Of a stretch of 50,547 nt of DNA, positions 10,901 through 19,403 are shown piece by piece. The notes below the pieces were generated by a model. The model was given only the letters and a program-made list of their open reading frames with translations. It ran no database searches and was not told the origin of the DNA. The first letter of the stretch is position 1. Each line of letters begins with the position of its first letter. Source of the DNA: a virus (lineage: Duplodnaviria; Caudoviricetes); IMG/VR virus record IMGVR_UViG_3300044714_000169, positions 1 through 50,547 of that record; one strand, written 5' to 3'. Both the position numbers and the translations under genes were made by a program.

Positions 10901-12800
10901 CCGAGGCAAAGCCGTTCTCAACGATCAGGCCAGCAGCCCCGATACCTAGAGGGTTGGAACTGCCGCATCCAGCCACTTCGAAGTACACGTTGTCCAACTC
11001 TACGTTGGGAACATTGCTGAAGACCCCGTTCGAACGGACACCAAATTGGGCCTGCGATTCGATTACGGAGTCAGAGATCCGCATCGTGTTGGCGTTTTGA
11101 TTGTCTACTCCGTTAGCCGCGCAACCAAGATTCATGTTGGTGTTTTTGATCCAGAGGATACCGGAGTTACCACCCCCACCAGCACCTTTAACCCCAACCG
11201 AGCAGAAAGTTGTGTCACAGTGCGACCAGCGGGAAGATTGGGTATCTAACCCGTCAATCACCGCCGATTGATCATTATCCACCTGAATCAAAGAACCAAA
11301 GGAGAATCCGCTGGTTTTGCTTCCCACCGGATTTGGGTTTGTTGAGTGGATATCGATAAAGTGGCTATGCTGTCCCGCCGACTCGATCATCGGGAAGTCG
11401 CAGTTATTACAGCCTGGTTGACCTGTAAAATTACTAATTGTCACGTCCCAGACGTAGTTTGGGAACGCCGTACTCCCGATGAAGAGGCAGGTATCAGCCA
11501 TTACGCAGGTAATGGTGGAACCGGCGAAATCCACGTGCAGGTAAGGCGACATTACCGTGACGCGAGCCTGCCAGGTATAAAGACCGGGGGGAATGACAAC
11601 CGAACCTACTTGATTATATTGAGGCCCCGATTGCGAGGAAGCGTTGATCGCCTCCTGGACTCCCAGCGAGGCGGAACCAATCGTAGTACCAGCCCCATGA
11701 CTGTTTGCCGCGGTAAAAGTGATTGTGCCTGCTGAGCCTCCAGCCTGCGTGCAGGTGCTGGAGGTGATCAACGCGGCTTCTGGAGTACCAACCCCCGAGA
11801 TATAGACGTAAGTTTGAGCGCTGTTGGCGGGGTAGTTTACCGCGTTAAAAGCGACTAGACCGCGCGGACAACTCGTCAAACTGATAACGTTGGTGCCACT
11901 ATTAACGGTGGCTGTTACCGCCCAGTTATCACTCGGCGAAGCGTAATAAATATTAGCGAAGTTGTTGACTGAAAACGTCGTTCCTACCGGCTGCACGACT
12001 GGTTGACTGGCTACAGGCGCGGTGGAAACGTTACCAGCAGCTGAACAACCATAACCCGAGCTGATACCTAAAGAGGATAAAACGTCGGCGGTCGGGCAAG
12101 GCGCGAGACTCATACTTAGAGTTCCCGTTGAACCGCCTCCTGAAAGCCCACTAGCTCCTGGGGTGTTGATACCCGTTAAGGTTCCACCACTACCAGGTGG
12201 GTTACCGCAACCCGTGCCATCCGCCTTCGCGTAGGTACCCGAAGCACAATTTCGTAGATCGATATTATTAGCGAATAGAGTAGCGTAAAAGTTGGTGAGG
12301 TTACCGATATTAAACACGTTGGAGGTTAAAGGCTGAAATCCCATCGTGACGATAGGGTTGGCGTTTAATAGAGTCCCAACCACTGGTTGTGGTTTAACCA
12401 GCGATAAACTACTCATGTTGGCAGAACTTCCAGTTAATAAGACGTTGGAGAGAGTGTTACTAACTCTACCCAACGGTGCGATGGTAACGGTATAAAGAGT
12501 GTTAGCGGGGACGATTTGGTCGTTACCCCAAACCTTACACGGGTTGCTGGGAGTTTGATAGTTAACGACGGAACCACTCGAATTGATCGCACACTTAGTG
12601 GTGGCAGGTGCCAGTGTAGAAGTCCCAACAATCGTGTAGTTGATTCCAGAGTTAAACGGGCTGATCGCGAATTGGACGTAACCACTGGTAGCTGGACTTC
12701 CAGCTGGATCGGTGATTAACCCAGTCACCGTGACAGACTGAGACCAACAAATCGGTAACGCGACCAACCATAAAAGCGCGGCGATGAAACGCGATTTCAT
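7938..12800 (-). CDS. Large tail spike/fibre-like adhesin (beta-helix regions, CBM-like module) with predicted signal peptide
   Basis: 1620 aa, Gly/Ser/Thr/Cys-rich. N-terminus MKSRFIAALLWLVALPICWS-Q; GVQEAINA...GSVVIPPGLY pectin-lyase-like start; PAWVASTQY...AGTSGTTQPVW module. Confidence 0.75.
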   Translation of the reverse strand: MKSRFIAALLWLVALPICWSQSVTVTGLITDPAGSPATSGYVQFAISPFNSGINYTIVGTSTLAPATTKCAINSSGSVVNYQTPSNPCKVWGNDQIVPANTLYTVTIAPLGRVSNTLSNVLLTGSSANMSSLSLVKPQPVVGTLLNANPIVTMGFQPLTSNVFNIGNLTNFYATLFANNIDLRNCASGTYAKADGTGCGNPPGSGGTLTGINTPGASGLSGGGSTGTLSMSLAPCPTADVLSSLGISSGYGCSAAGNVSTAPVASQPVVQPVGTTFSVNNFANIYYASPSDNWAVTATVNSGTNVISLTSCPRGLVAFNAVNYPANSAQTYVYISGVGTPEAALITSSTCTQAGGSAGTITFTAANSHGAGTTIGSASLGVQEAINASSQSGPQYNQVGSVVIPPGLYTWQARVTVMSPYLHVDFAGSTITCVMADTCLFIGSTAFPNYVWDVTISNFTGQPGCNNCDFPMIESAGQHSHFIDIHSTNPNPVGSKTSGFSFGSLIQVDNDQSAVIDGLDTQSSRWSHCDTTFCSVGVKGAGGGGNSGILWIKNTNMNLGCAANGVDNQNANTMRISDSVIESQAQFGVRSNGVFSNVPNVELDNVYFEVAGCGSSNPLGIGAAGLIVENGFASVKNSVGPVGAAPLFANTGATQYNYYIVVHSSTGSITSAPFLAGIALTNGSGSIPVVWPQFGTTGTITYDVIRTSGAANSPAPYTAICGGGSTTTCGSVATGLTVGAACSTVGTANICSFSDTASTNTTSYTVTNTPTYYPALGNGTGAGVFWPGSVIATQTSDSVGSSPSPSGVSFDRFGDNVANSTNPVSEPVSSWGALTPRFFAQQCVSSPGGAWVSCPENNTGSSSAPGALTLNEGFGGAAATGLKGRLVFEQGQQFNGSIAGTHKITLVDSNSAKTLSTPGMRPTNDASDTYIGLDNGAATSASGAQLAFGAPVSISNYIANVGDNASYLERLTATLKTFNVAVVTCLPLNNVIHSSCYSSTTTVAALIAMCNASSAIPCHVIGDNMGVSRNVCTTAAANTPCATFGVAASSPTNNNGQHVVLENLGEDWICPTGGNSNTDCLQMGTQGTLRWPNPHGSNLGAGSYPLLSSAASSTYRYLFTNAGVPGQTGSSNFTQTRFDADGILIQPSNTGTTLTAAMAVVGVNGQALVRNFTITGASNTILLYLASSGTSGNINSAIFEDGSIACSGDPGCIPREFVTGPGGNSVNVQLINVGFDGAPLGTGCASGEGALDCADGSTNDTTPTQALIGYRESGGYTEIGGTAPAWVASTQYNLGTVPATTGNWIKPTSNNASNHYYMVQTAGTSGTTQPVWSGAGCTSYTTGATCADGAGSLVWVDVGTQQPGHLLELVNVRDFAMNGFNLGAGNLNTCITMTHANTNLLGLVQIFGNTSGRCQTNVISNLVTGYNLPGTVSDVFYRYCGDQAIGVGCVNDGQFLITGFLSNSSNKTAGLIDQSVGFTTTAMSAQTTATATTITGMAWSLVASKNYTLDCQIPITFAASATVAFTFAGPGSPTSYSLAADGPIGASAAYAQINTFAAASWATATGASGAPGAATEMVHVFAQLQNGTTSSGTQLQLQTKANGTNSITIGANAACHLTQVD

Positions 12801-12804
12801 ATCT

Positions 12805-13224
12805 TCACCGTTGAATATAGGTTAGGTAACCTTGTGCGACTGGACTAGTACCGCCCGTAACCAAACAGAGCGCGTTACCGGATGCTGATTTTGTAAATTG
12901 CATACCAGCCGACATACTGATTAACGGGCTATTATTACCTGCCATTGCGCCGGTTAGAGTTGCAGTGACAGTACCACAGCTAGCGCTGGATCCGTATTCG
13001 AGTAGGTAGGTAGCAGCGGTCCCGGTTGCTGCGGTAAAGTTGAACCCGCAAACATAGATTGAGGTGGTACCGCTGATCGCGACTAATTGAGTGGTAGCGG
13101 CGGCAGATACGTTAATCGCGACACTTTGTTTTACTTCATTGGGAGCTAGACAAGGGTCTTGAATTCCCTGCCCGAACGCGACTGACGCGGTTAGTAGTAG
13201 AATCGACAGCAAAAGCTTTTTCAT
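12805..13224 (-). CDS. Virion-module beta-sandwich protein with predicted signal peptide
   Basis: MKKLLLSILLLTASVAFG-Q (ATG 13224; alternative GTG 13233); four Cys in the mature part. Confidence 0.65.
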   Translation of the reverse strand: MKKLLLSILLLTASVAFGQGIQDPCLAPNEVKQSVAINVSAAATTQLVAISGTTSIYVCGFNFTAATGTAATYLLEYGSSASCGTVTATLTGAMAGNNSPLISMSAGMQFTKSASGNALCLVTGGTSPVAQGYLTYIQR

Positions 13225-13229
13225 CTTGT

Positions 13230-13499
13230 TCACCTGATGTAAGCGCGGACTTGGCCGCTGGTTAGGGTTGCAATGTTGATCCCGTGAAATTTATCGGTTT
13301 TACCCGAGCGGACTTCTTCACCGTCAGCAGCGGGACCAGGATTCCAGATCACCTTCCCGAAACGGTCCTGAACTACGCAGGTTGCTCCCGCTGAATAACC
13401 CGACCATTCAAAATGATCGACGTAGATATCACCCAGAAATAAAACTCCGCCGCCCGCGGTGTCGAAATACCAAGGATTGGTCGTTAAGCTATTCGCCAC
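13230..13499 (-). CDS. Small putative virion protein
   Basis: 89 aa beta-rich; GGAGG RBS; structural operon. Confidence 0.55.
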   Translation of the reverse strand: MANSLTTNPWYFDTAGGGVLFLGDIYVDHFEWSGYSAGATCVVQDRFGKVIWNPGPAADGEEVRSGKTDKFHGINIATLTSGQVRAYIR

Positions 13500-13508
13500 A
13501 GAAGCCTC

Positions 13509-13715
13509 CTACCACCATTTAGTCTGCCGAGTTGGCATGTCTTGTAAGCGGACGGGTGGGTTTTGTCTCGCCGCCCAATCCTGCATTAGGTATTCATGTT
13601 CGATCCGAAATCTCATCATCATTTGGGTAATTTTCCAAACTGCGTAGATCAACCAGAAAATGGGGACGCTGACGACGACCTGTCCTAGTGAAATATCCCA
13701 CGACCAGCGAATCAT
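13509..13715 (-). CDS. Small single-pass membrane protein
   Basis: ATG 13715 after AGGAGAAGG; hydrophobic segment LGQVVVSVPIFWLIYAVW. Confidence 0.55.
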   Translation of the reverse strand: MIRWSWDISLGQVVVSVPIFWLIYAVWKITQMMMRFRIEHEYLMQDWAARQNPPVRLQDMPTRQTKWW

Positions 13716-13734
13716 CAGCGTCCTTCTCCTTTGG

Positions 13735-14424
13735 TTAATCGTAGTTGAATAAACAGTGAGCACCCAGTGAAGCAACTTGAACTACACTGGTTCCTGGGTT
13801 AACCCAACTCAACTCAACCTCTAACATCCCGATATCGTCAGCGCTGAAAACATAGGGACCGGCGGTCACAGACGAGGGCCCCGCAACGTCCTGATACGTG
13901 TATTGGGATAGAGATGGAGTTGTTGCAGTTTGGATCGCGGTGGCTGCGACCAAATCAGTCTGGGCGAAGGCAGCTCCCCCTGCGGTCTTGGAGTAGACCG
14001 TTTTCCCTAGTCGAAGGGTTGCAGAGGTTAAAGCTGCAGTGCCTACACTATAGATCGCGAAGAAGTCCAAAATCGCGATGCCTTTAGGCGGAGCCGGTGG
14101 ATAGTTCGTTTGAACTCCGGACGCGCTAAACTCACCGAGATTGTAGAGTTCGCCAATGCGTTGGATGGTAGGATTGCAACCACGTACGAAGACGGTGGCG
14201 GCCGAAGCTGCTATGTTTAAGCTCCAATCGCCTTTTGCGTTTCGTACGACAGTTTGCGCGCCACCACCCGAAGACTGCAGTCGGTTGGCGTCGAACAGGA
14301 TTAACCCGTCAACGTGCGGGGAGGAGCACATGAGTCTCCCCCCCAGCGGTACCAACGACGTTGGGTTCAAGTCGTTCTGTGTTGGGTTGTCGAAGATGGT
14401 ATCCGGAACATTCAGAACTGGCAT
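13735..14424 (-). CDS. Putative virion structural protein (capsid-associated)
   Basis: 229 aa beta-rich; immediately after MCP; AGGAGG RBS. Confidence 0.55.
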   Translation of the reverse strand: MPVLNVPDTIFDNPTQNDLNPTSLVPLGGRLMCSSPHVDGLILFDANRLQSSGGGAQTVVRNAKGDWSLNIAASAATVFVRGCNPTIQRIGELYNLGEFSASGVQTNYPPAPPKGIAILDFFAIYSVGTAALTSATLRLGKTVYSKTAGGAAFAQTDLVAATAIQTATTPSLSQYTYQDVAGPSSVTAGPYVFSADDIGMLEVELSWVNPGTSVVQVASLGAHCLFNYD

Positions 14425-14432
14425 ATTGCCTC

Positions 14433-15323
14433 CTATTGTCCCGGTGAGCCGTAAAAACCATGCCAGTAGGTTACACCCGGAATAAACCGGAAGTAAACAC
14501 TGTACGAGCTCCCCTTCGTCATGAAGTCGTCCTGACTGTCGAATTCGGGTTGAATCCTCCAGTAGAACTTCAGCGTATGGTCACGTTTATCGCCGAGGAC
14601 GAAAAAGTTAGTCGTCGACGTAAAATAGTGGTTGAAGAGTGGGTTCAGCCGTCCCTGCATCACGTTTACTTCGTTTGTACCCGTGTAGGGTTTATACGAA
14701 CTATGCAGGATTTCACCGGCTTTAAATTGCAGATCGACCGGCAATAAGACGTGAGCCGGCACCATCCGCTTTAAGAGACCACGCTCGTTTTTCATTTTCT
14801 CAAAAACGAGGATGGCTTCTTGCAAGCCGGTTACGCTGAAAGCAGCGTTGGTAGCTGATTGGTTGGTGTAGGTGCCACCTCCCAACAGGTTGTGGGTTGA
14901 ACAGAGAGTTCCACCATCAATCGTGGTTGTGGTGGTGAAAGCTCCCTGGATGATCCCGATCGCGTTGACTTCGAGTGTTTGACGGATGGAACCACCGAAG
15001 TCGGTCGAAACCTTCTTCATGACCCCGTATTGATCGTCATCCCACATTTCACGGGTAACTTGGAACCCCATGCCGTAGCTGACGGGTTGGTATCGGAGCG
15101 ATCCACCTTGGATGGGATCATCCATCTTAATTGGCTCGCCTTCAGGCTTGGTGGGGATGGCGCCAAGACCCGCGACGAGTTGATCTTCCTCGTAGGCTTT
15201 GGTGGTTGGGTGAACGTTGAATACCTCCGGGTATTCCTCCGGATGCATGGCAAGGTCTTCGTAGATAACGCTGAAGAGCCCGGCCGCAAGAAGCTGTGCA
15301 AACTGCCCTCTTGTAGTTGCCAT
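14433..15323 (-). CDS. Major capsid protein (HK97 fold, Mu gpT-like family)
   Basis: KAYEEDQLVAGLG..PTKPEG, YGMGFQVTREMWDDDQYG, LLPVDL, C-terminal WHGFYGSPG. Confidence 0.9.
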   Translation of the reverse strand: MATTRGQFAQLLAAGLFSVIYEDLAMHPEEYPEVFNVHPTTKAYEEDQLVAGLGAIPTKPEGEPIKMDDPIQGGSLRYQPVSYGMGFQVTREMWDDDQYGVMKKVSTDFGGSIRQTLEVNAIGIIQGAFTTTTTIDGGTLCSTHNLLGGGTYTNQSATNAAFSVTGLQEAILVFEKMKNERGLLKRMVPAHVLLPVDLQFKAGEILHSSYKPYTGTNEVNVMQGRLNPLFNHYFTSTTNFFVLGDKRDHTLKFYWRIQPEFDSQDDFMTKGSSYSVYFRFIPGVTYWHGFYGSPGQ

Positions 15324-15335
15324 AGTTCCTCCGCG

Positions 15336-15950
15336 TTAGGTCTGAAGTTGTTGACAAGCTGGAGCAACGACGAATGCTTCACGTCCATTCAACAAACCGA
15401 CCGCATCGATCAGTTCGAAGATGTAGACGCAACCGCCGGTTGCCGCAGTTGTAATGTTGTTATCGATGTACCAATAGTTGTTGCCAGCGTCCTTGGTCAA
15501 ACCGTAAAGTTTGCCCACATCTGCCTGCGCGACAGTTGCGTTGGCAGCGGTGTTGGAGTTACCCAACGTGCCGACAAACACCATCTCACTGGTAGCGATG
15601 TAGAATCCGATCGTCCCGTCATTGGGTGGCGCGCCGATCGGGATCAAGACCGCGCTCGATTGATTTTGAACGCTGCCGTAGGTTAACGTTTTTGCCACGC
15701 CGCTAGTGGTCAGATTGCTGAAGGTTTCAACCGTAAATCCAGCAATAATCGCAGTCGCAACGCTGTTCATGGTTGGGCAGGGAATGATAAATCCAGTTGC
15801 GCCAGCCACGTCCACTTGAGCAGGGACGCCGAGATTACCGGTTTGAGCGGACTTCTCGGACATCCTCTTTATCTCGGGCAAGGCAGTACCAGATCCGAGT
15901 GGGTTTTTCCAGTTTCGGATTGGTGTTGCAATACCAGTTGAAGCTGCCAC
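15336..15950 (-). CDS. Capsid decoration/cement-like protein
   Basis: 204 aa Ala/Gly/Thr-rich with VAQADVG motif; directly upstream of MCP. Confidence 0.55.
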   Translation of the reverse strand: MAASTGIATPIRNWKNPLGSGTALPEIKRMSEKSAQTGNLGVPAQVDVAGATGFIIPCPTMNSVATAIIAGFTVETFSNLTTSGVAKTLTYGSVQNQSSAVLIPIGAPPNDGTIGFYIATSEMVFVGTLGNSNTAANATVAQADVGKLYGLTKDAGNNYWYIDNNITTAATGGCVYIFELIDAVGLLNGREAFVVAPACQQLQT

Positions 15951-16445
15951 TTATTTTCTCCTGGGGGTGTCGAATTCAAAGGTTGGAGCACCCGCCCTTT
16001 CAGCCTCGACTCGAAAGTCGTCCTTCGCTGCACGCTTCATTTCGGCCATCTGCTCGTCTTGGTCGAGCAACAGGAATTCGTAGACTTCGAGGGGACAGGC
16101 CATTAGGATAATATCCCCCACGACGTATGTACCATCCTGCTGCAGGCCGTTCGCGATGATTTTAGGTTTGGCTTCTCCCGATAAGACCTTTGTCGCGTTC
16201 GGTTCCTTGACAATGTGATAGTCTTTGGATTCAAACTCGATGATTTGTCCACCATCGGATTTATGAGCCCAGAAGTAGTGTAGTTTGGGGTCGCCTTTCA
16301 CTTCGAGTTTGCTCTTGCCCATGCGTACGCGCAACTGTTCGTAGCGTTGTTTTCGTTGTGCTGGTGTCAGCTCGCCGATTGGTGCGGCGGATTTAAGTTC
16401 GGGTTTAACTTCGGCTACTGCTGTTGCTGGAGTTTGAGTTGACAT
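15951..16445 (-). CDS. Conserved head-module hypothetical protein
   Basis: HYFWA...VVGDIILMACP motif seen in genes upstream of this MCP type. Confidence 0.55.
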   Translation of the reverse strand: MSTQTPATAVAEVKPELKSAAPIGELTPAQRKQRYEQLRVRMGKSKLEVKGDPKLHYFWAHKSDGGQIIEFESKDYHIVKEPNATKVLSGEAKPKIIANGLQQDGTYVVGDIILMACPLEVYEFLLLDQDEQMAEMKRAAKDDFRVEAERAGAPTFEFDTPRRK

Positions 16446-17125
16446 TATCGCGCCGCCTTATCAAAAGTCAGAGGCCATTTACCCTCTGCGATGTTTTTTT
16501 GCCCGGTACGGTATTGAGCTTCGGTGATTCCGAGACCGGGTAGGATTTTCCCGGTAACGGTGGGTGGTAATGGCTCTAATACTTCTGGGGTTTCGTGCCC
16601 GGCGGAAGCGCGTTCAGCGGTTAAACGAGCTGCGTTAGCTTCGGCGTCTTTGTCTTCCTGATCCAGTTTGGCCTTGTTCTGGCCAACTAGGTTGTAGTAG
16701 GCGGTCTCCCAATAACGAAAGTCAACTTGAAATTCGGGAGTCATTCCAGCCATGATCTTTTCGACGTCTGGTAGAAAGCGATCCCAGTATTTTTTATCAC
16801 GCGCTGCTTGAACTTTTGCCGCAGCAATTAAGGTGGCGCGAGCTCCGTCCAACTCAGGCTGGTTGACGGTGGTAGATTGGTTCAAATCGGTTCGCTCCGT
16901 TCGAACGGTAGTGCCTTTTTCATGACCAGGCACTTTGGTTGGATCTTGCGTTCGGATTGCTTCCTTAGCCTGCGCGATGACTGCTTTCTCGCGCTTACTG
17001 TAGTAGTCGATGATTAAAGACGCTTGTTCAGCGGCTGATTTACCCTGCAACTTGGTAACCAGTTCACTTGGCAACGCCTGCGGTGTATCGACTCTCTCGT
17101 CTGGACTGAATACTGGATCTGGCAT
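16445..17125 (-). CDS. Putative scaffolding protein
   Basis: Charged, helical 226 aa between portal and capsid genes; C-terminal LGITEAQY. Confidence 0.6.
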   Translation of the reverse strand: MPDPVFSPDERVDTPQALPSELVTKLQGKSAAEQASLIIDYYSKREKAVIAQAKEAIRTQDPTKVPGHEKGTTVRTERTDLNQSTTVNQPELDGARATLIAAAKVQAARDKKYWDRFLPDVEKIMAGMTPEFQVDFRYWETAYYNLVGQNKAKLDQEDKDAEANAARLTAERASAGHETPEVLEPLPPTVTGKILPGLGITEAQYRTGQKNIAEGKWPLTFDKAAR

Positions 17126-17384
17126 TTAAATTCTCCTCTTCGCGTTTTCGCTCCTCTTGTTCGAGGATTGAAGTTAGTTGTTGCTCGGCCTGGGCCGGTA
17201 GAGTTTCGAAATTTCGAAGTTCCTCCATCCTACCTTGAAATTTATGAAGGTCGCGATCCGCCCGGGATGGATCCATTAGCACCATTACGTTGTGCCGACG
17301 TGACTTGAGCAACTGTGTCCGATAGGTTTTGTAATTCGGGTCCTGAAACAGAGCTCTCAGGCTGAGGCACTCCTGCTTGGTCAA
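17064..17384 (-). CDS. Small helical protein following portal (start uncertain)
   Basis: C-terminal part of ORF 17064..17783 (PNYKTY...FQGRMEEL); fills the gap between portal and scaffold. Confidence 0.45.
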   Translation of the reverse strand: MTKQECLSLRALFQDPNYKTYRTQLLKSRRHNVMVLMDPSRADRDLHKFQGRMEELRNFETLPAQAEQQLTSILEQEERKREEENLNARSSIQSRRESRYTAGVAK

Positions 17385-19212
17385 GGGCTCGGGGGTTAGA
17401 TTGAGGCTTACCTCCACCGAGCAATTCTCGCACATCAGGGACCAGTTTTTTCCGGTCGTAGACGTTGAAGGCGAAGAGGATTCGGTTGGAGAGCTCACGG
17501 GCTCCGTCCAACACTTGGAGGCTAAGTTCCTGAGCAGGGCTGCCAGGCGGCATCTGAGCGATTTGCGGAGCCAAAGCCATGATTTCTTTATAGTAAGCAG
17601 ACATAGTGTTAGACATGAGAAGGAGATTTTGGCGATCAACTTCCCTGTTGGCTCCTGCGTCGCTAGCTCCGAGACCGAAGAAGACAGCTCGGAGTTCTTC
17701 TGGATCTTTGATTGAGAAAGCTTGTTTAAGAAAGTCTCCATTTTCCCCATATTGGCTCCAGTCCGCGGATTTCGCGAAGTCACGGTAGTGAACGAAGATC
17801 AGTTGACCTTGTTTGTTGAAACTGCGACGGAGACGTTGAAGGTAGATGTCTTGGCGTTGGTTGCCTTCGGATAGGAGAGCGAGGGTCGCTTGAGAAGCGT
17901 AGATTCCCTTTTTACCGACGGGTCCAGTACCGAATCCTTGTTTCGCGGAGCTGACGCCGGAGTAGCGTTCGGCTAGCGCCATCACTGCGTTTTCTTCCTC
18001 GATCATTGATTCGTAGTTACCACCGAATTCCAACGGTTCGATGTCGTCCATTGAGTCAACTTCGAAGACTTTGCCGGGGTACCACTCGGTCGATGGATTA
18101 GCCCCGGTGTAGGAAGTCTTCTTTTTCCATCCGGGTACGTTGACGATATTGGATTTATCGCGGCGCGCATTATGGATCTGAGCCTGCTCCTCCTGCGACT
18201 GCTCGAGGATGTTAGGGATGCAGTCACCGACAATACTGCCTTCTCGAGGCATGATCCGGAGATCGACAAAGGGGTCAAGGTCGCCTGGCAGATAGTTGTA
18301 CCAGAGACGGATAATACCGTCTTTACCATTCCCGGAAAACGGGTTGAAGGTGAGCACGATATCAGCCATTTTGCCGGGGGTGAGTTCATAGGATCCCCAC
18401 ATTTCGATTACGGTGAAGGGGCGAGTTACGTCAGGGGTTAGTGAGTAACCAGCGTCGTTGGCTAATGAGTCGCGAGCGGAGGAGGTGGTTGATTGGTTGG
18501 TCGACGACCCCATCAACACACTACTCGCTGGACCTGCTGGCCAGCCAAACGGGGGAGGGAGATGACGACGAAATTCGACTTCTTCCTTGGTAAAGCGTAG
18601 TCGGTGGAAGATTGCGGTACAGTCACGGAAGAATTGGGCGGTAACAGGGTAGGGGAATAAATCATCGAATGGGATGTTATCGATTACGAGACTTTCGCGT
18701 GAGAATGATTTAATATTGCCTTCGGCGTCAGCTCGGTCTCGCGTTTCACTAACCCAACAGTTCTTTAACACGTGAAGGCCGGTTTTCACTGTTAGGAAGA
18801 TTCCTAGATCGACCGGGTCAAAGAAGTTGATGTTATATTTACACTCGGTGTCCATCCACTCGCCTAGTGCGTTTAGAACGTTAGCTCCCGGTTTGTTGGA
18901 GAATGTTGCAGGTTTCCAAAACGGTCGAGTTGAAAACATGAGTCCGACGTTGTTTGCAGCGAGTAAGTCGGTATGCATCCGGATAAGTTGGGGGACGAAG
19001 TTTGAGGCTTTGTAGTAGGGGATTGTTCGGATTGCTTGGGCGGGTTTTGCCGCATAGTTATCAACCCAACGACGGTAATCACCGTCGATTTCCTTCGAGC
19101 GGGATTCCACCGACTTCCAGAATTTGTTCTTCGCCCAACCAAAGATCTGGTTCAGTTTATCTACCGGAACGTTTTCGAGTTTCGGGAAGACTGGACAGAT
19201 TTTTATTGGCAT
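17242..19212 (-). CDS. Portal protein
   Basis: 656 aa after TerL; SNFVPQLIRMHTD, EQSQEEQAQIHNARRD, AERYSGVS helical portal motifs. Confidence 0.85.
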   Translation of the reverse strand: MPIKICPVFPKLENVPVDKLNQIFGWAKNKFWKSVESRSKEIDGDYRRWVDNYAAKPAQAIRTIPYYKASNFVPQLIRMHTDLLAANNVGLMFSTRPFWKPATFSNKPGANVLNALGEWMDTECKYNINFFDPVDLGIFLTVKTGLHVLKNCWVSETRDRADAEGNIKSFSRESLVIDNIPFDDLFPYPVTAQFFRDCTAIFHRLRFTKEEVEFRRHLPPPFGWPAGPASSVLMGSSTNQSTTSSARDSLANDAGYSLTPDVTRPFTVIEMWGSYELTPGKMADIVLTFNPFSGNGKDGIIRLWYNYLPGDLDPFVDLRIMPREGSIVGDCIPNILEQSQEEQAQIHNARRDKSNIVNVPGWKKKTSYTGANPSTEWYPGKVFEVDSMDDIEPLEFGGNYESMIEEENAVMALAERYSGVSSAKQGFGTGPVGKKGIYASQATLALLSEGNQRQDIYLQRLRRSFNKQGQLIFVHYRDFAKSADWSQYGENGDFLKQAFSIKDPEELRAVFFGLGASDAGANREVDRQNLLLMSNTMSAYYKEIMALAPQIAQMPPGSPAQELSLQVLDGARELSNRILFAFNVYDRKKLVPDVRELLGGGKPQSNPRALDQAGVPQPESSVSGPELQNLSDTVAQVTSAQRNGANGSIPGGSRPS

Positions 19213-19217
19213 TTAAG

Positions 19218-19403
19218 TTACCGATCGAACGCGTTTGTTTGAGGCCCTCTACGAACTGTATGATGTGCGCCATGAACACTGCCAACTGGAGATACCGTTC
19301 GCAGTCCGGCCTCACCGGAATTATGAGTTCCGGCCCAGGTTCCTCGCGCCCGAGAAGTTCTGCCTGGTTTATGCTTCAAATATCTCCAGTTGGCACTGCT
19401 CAT
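19218..19403 (-). CDS. Small basic hypothetical protein
   Basis: GGAGG RBS; overlaps TerL stop (ATGA). Confidence 0.5.
   Translation of the reverse strand: MSSANWRYLKHKPGRTSRARGTWAGTHNSGEAGLRTVSPVGSVHGAHHTVRRGPQTNAFDR

Noticed and set aside
6840-12800. Diversity-generating retroelement or invertible tail-fibre cassette
   Set aside because: No reverse transcriptase, invertase or template/variable repeat pair seen
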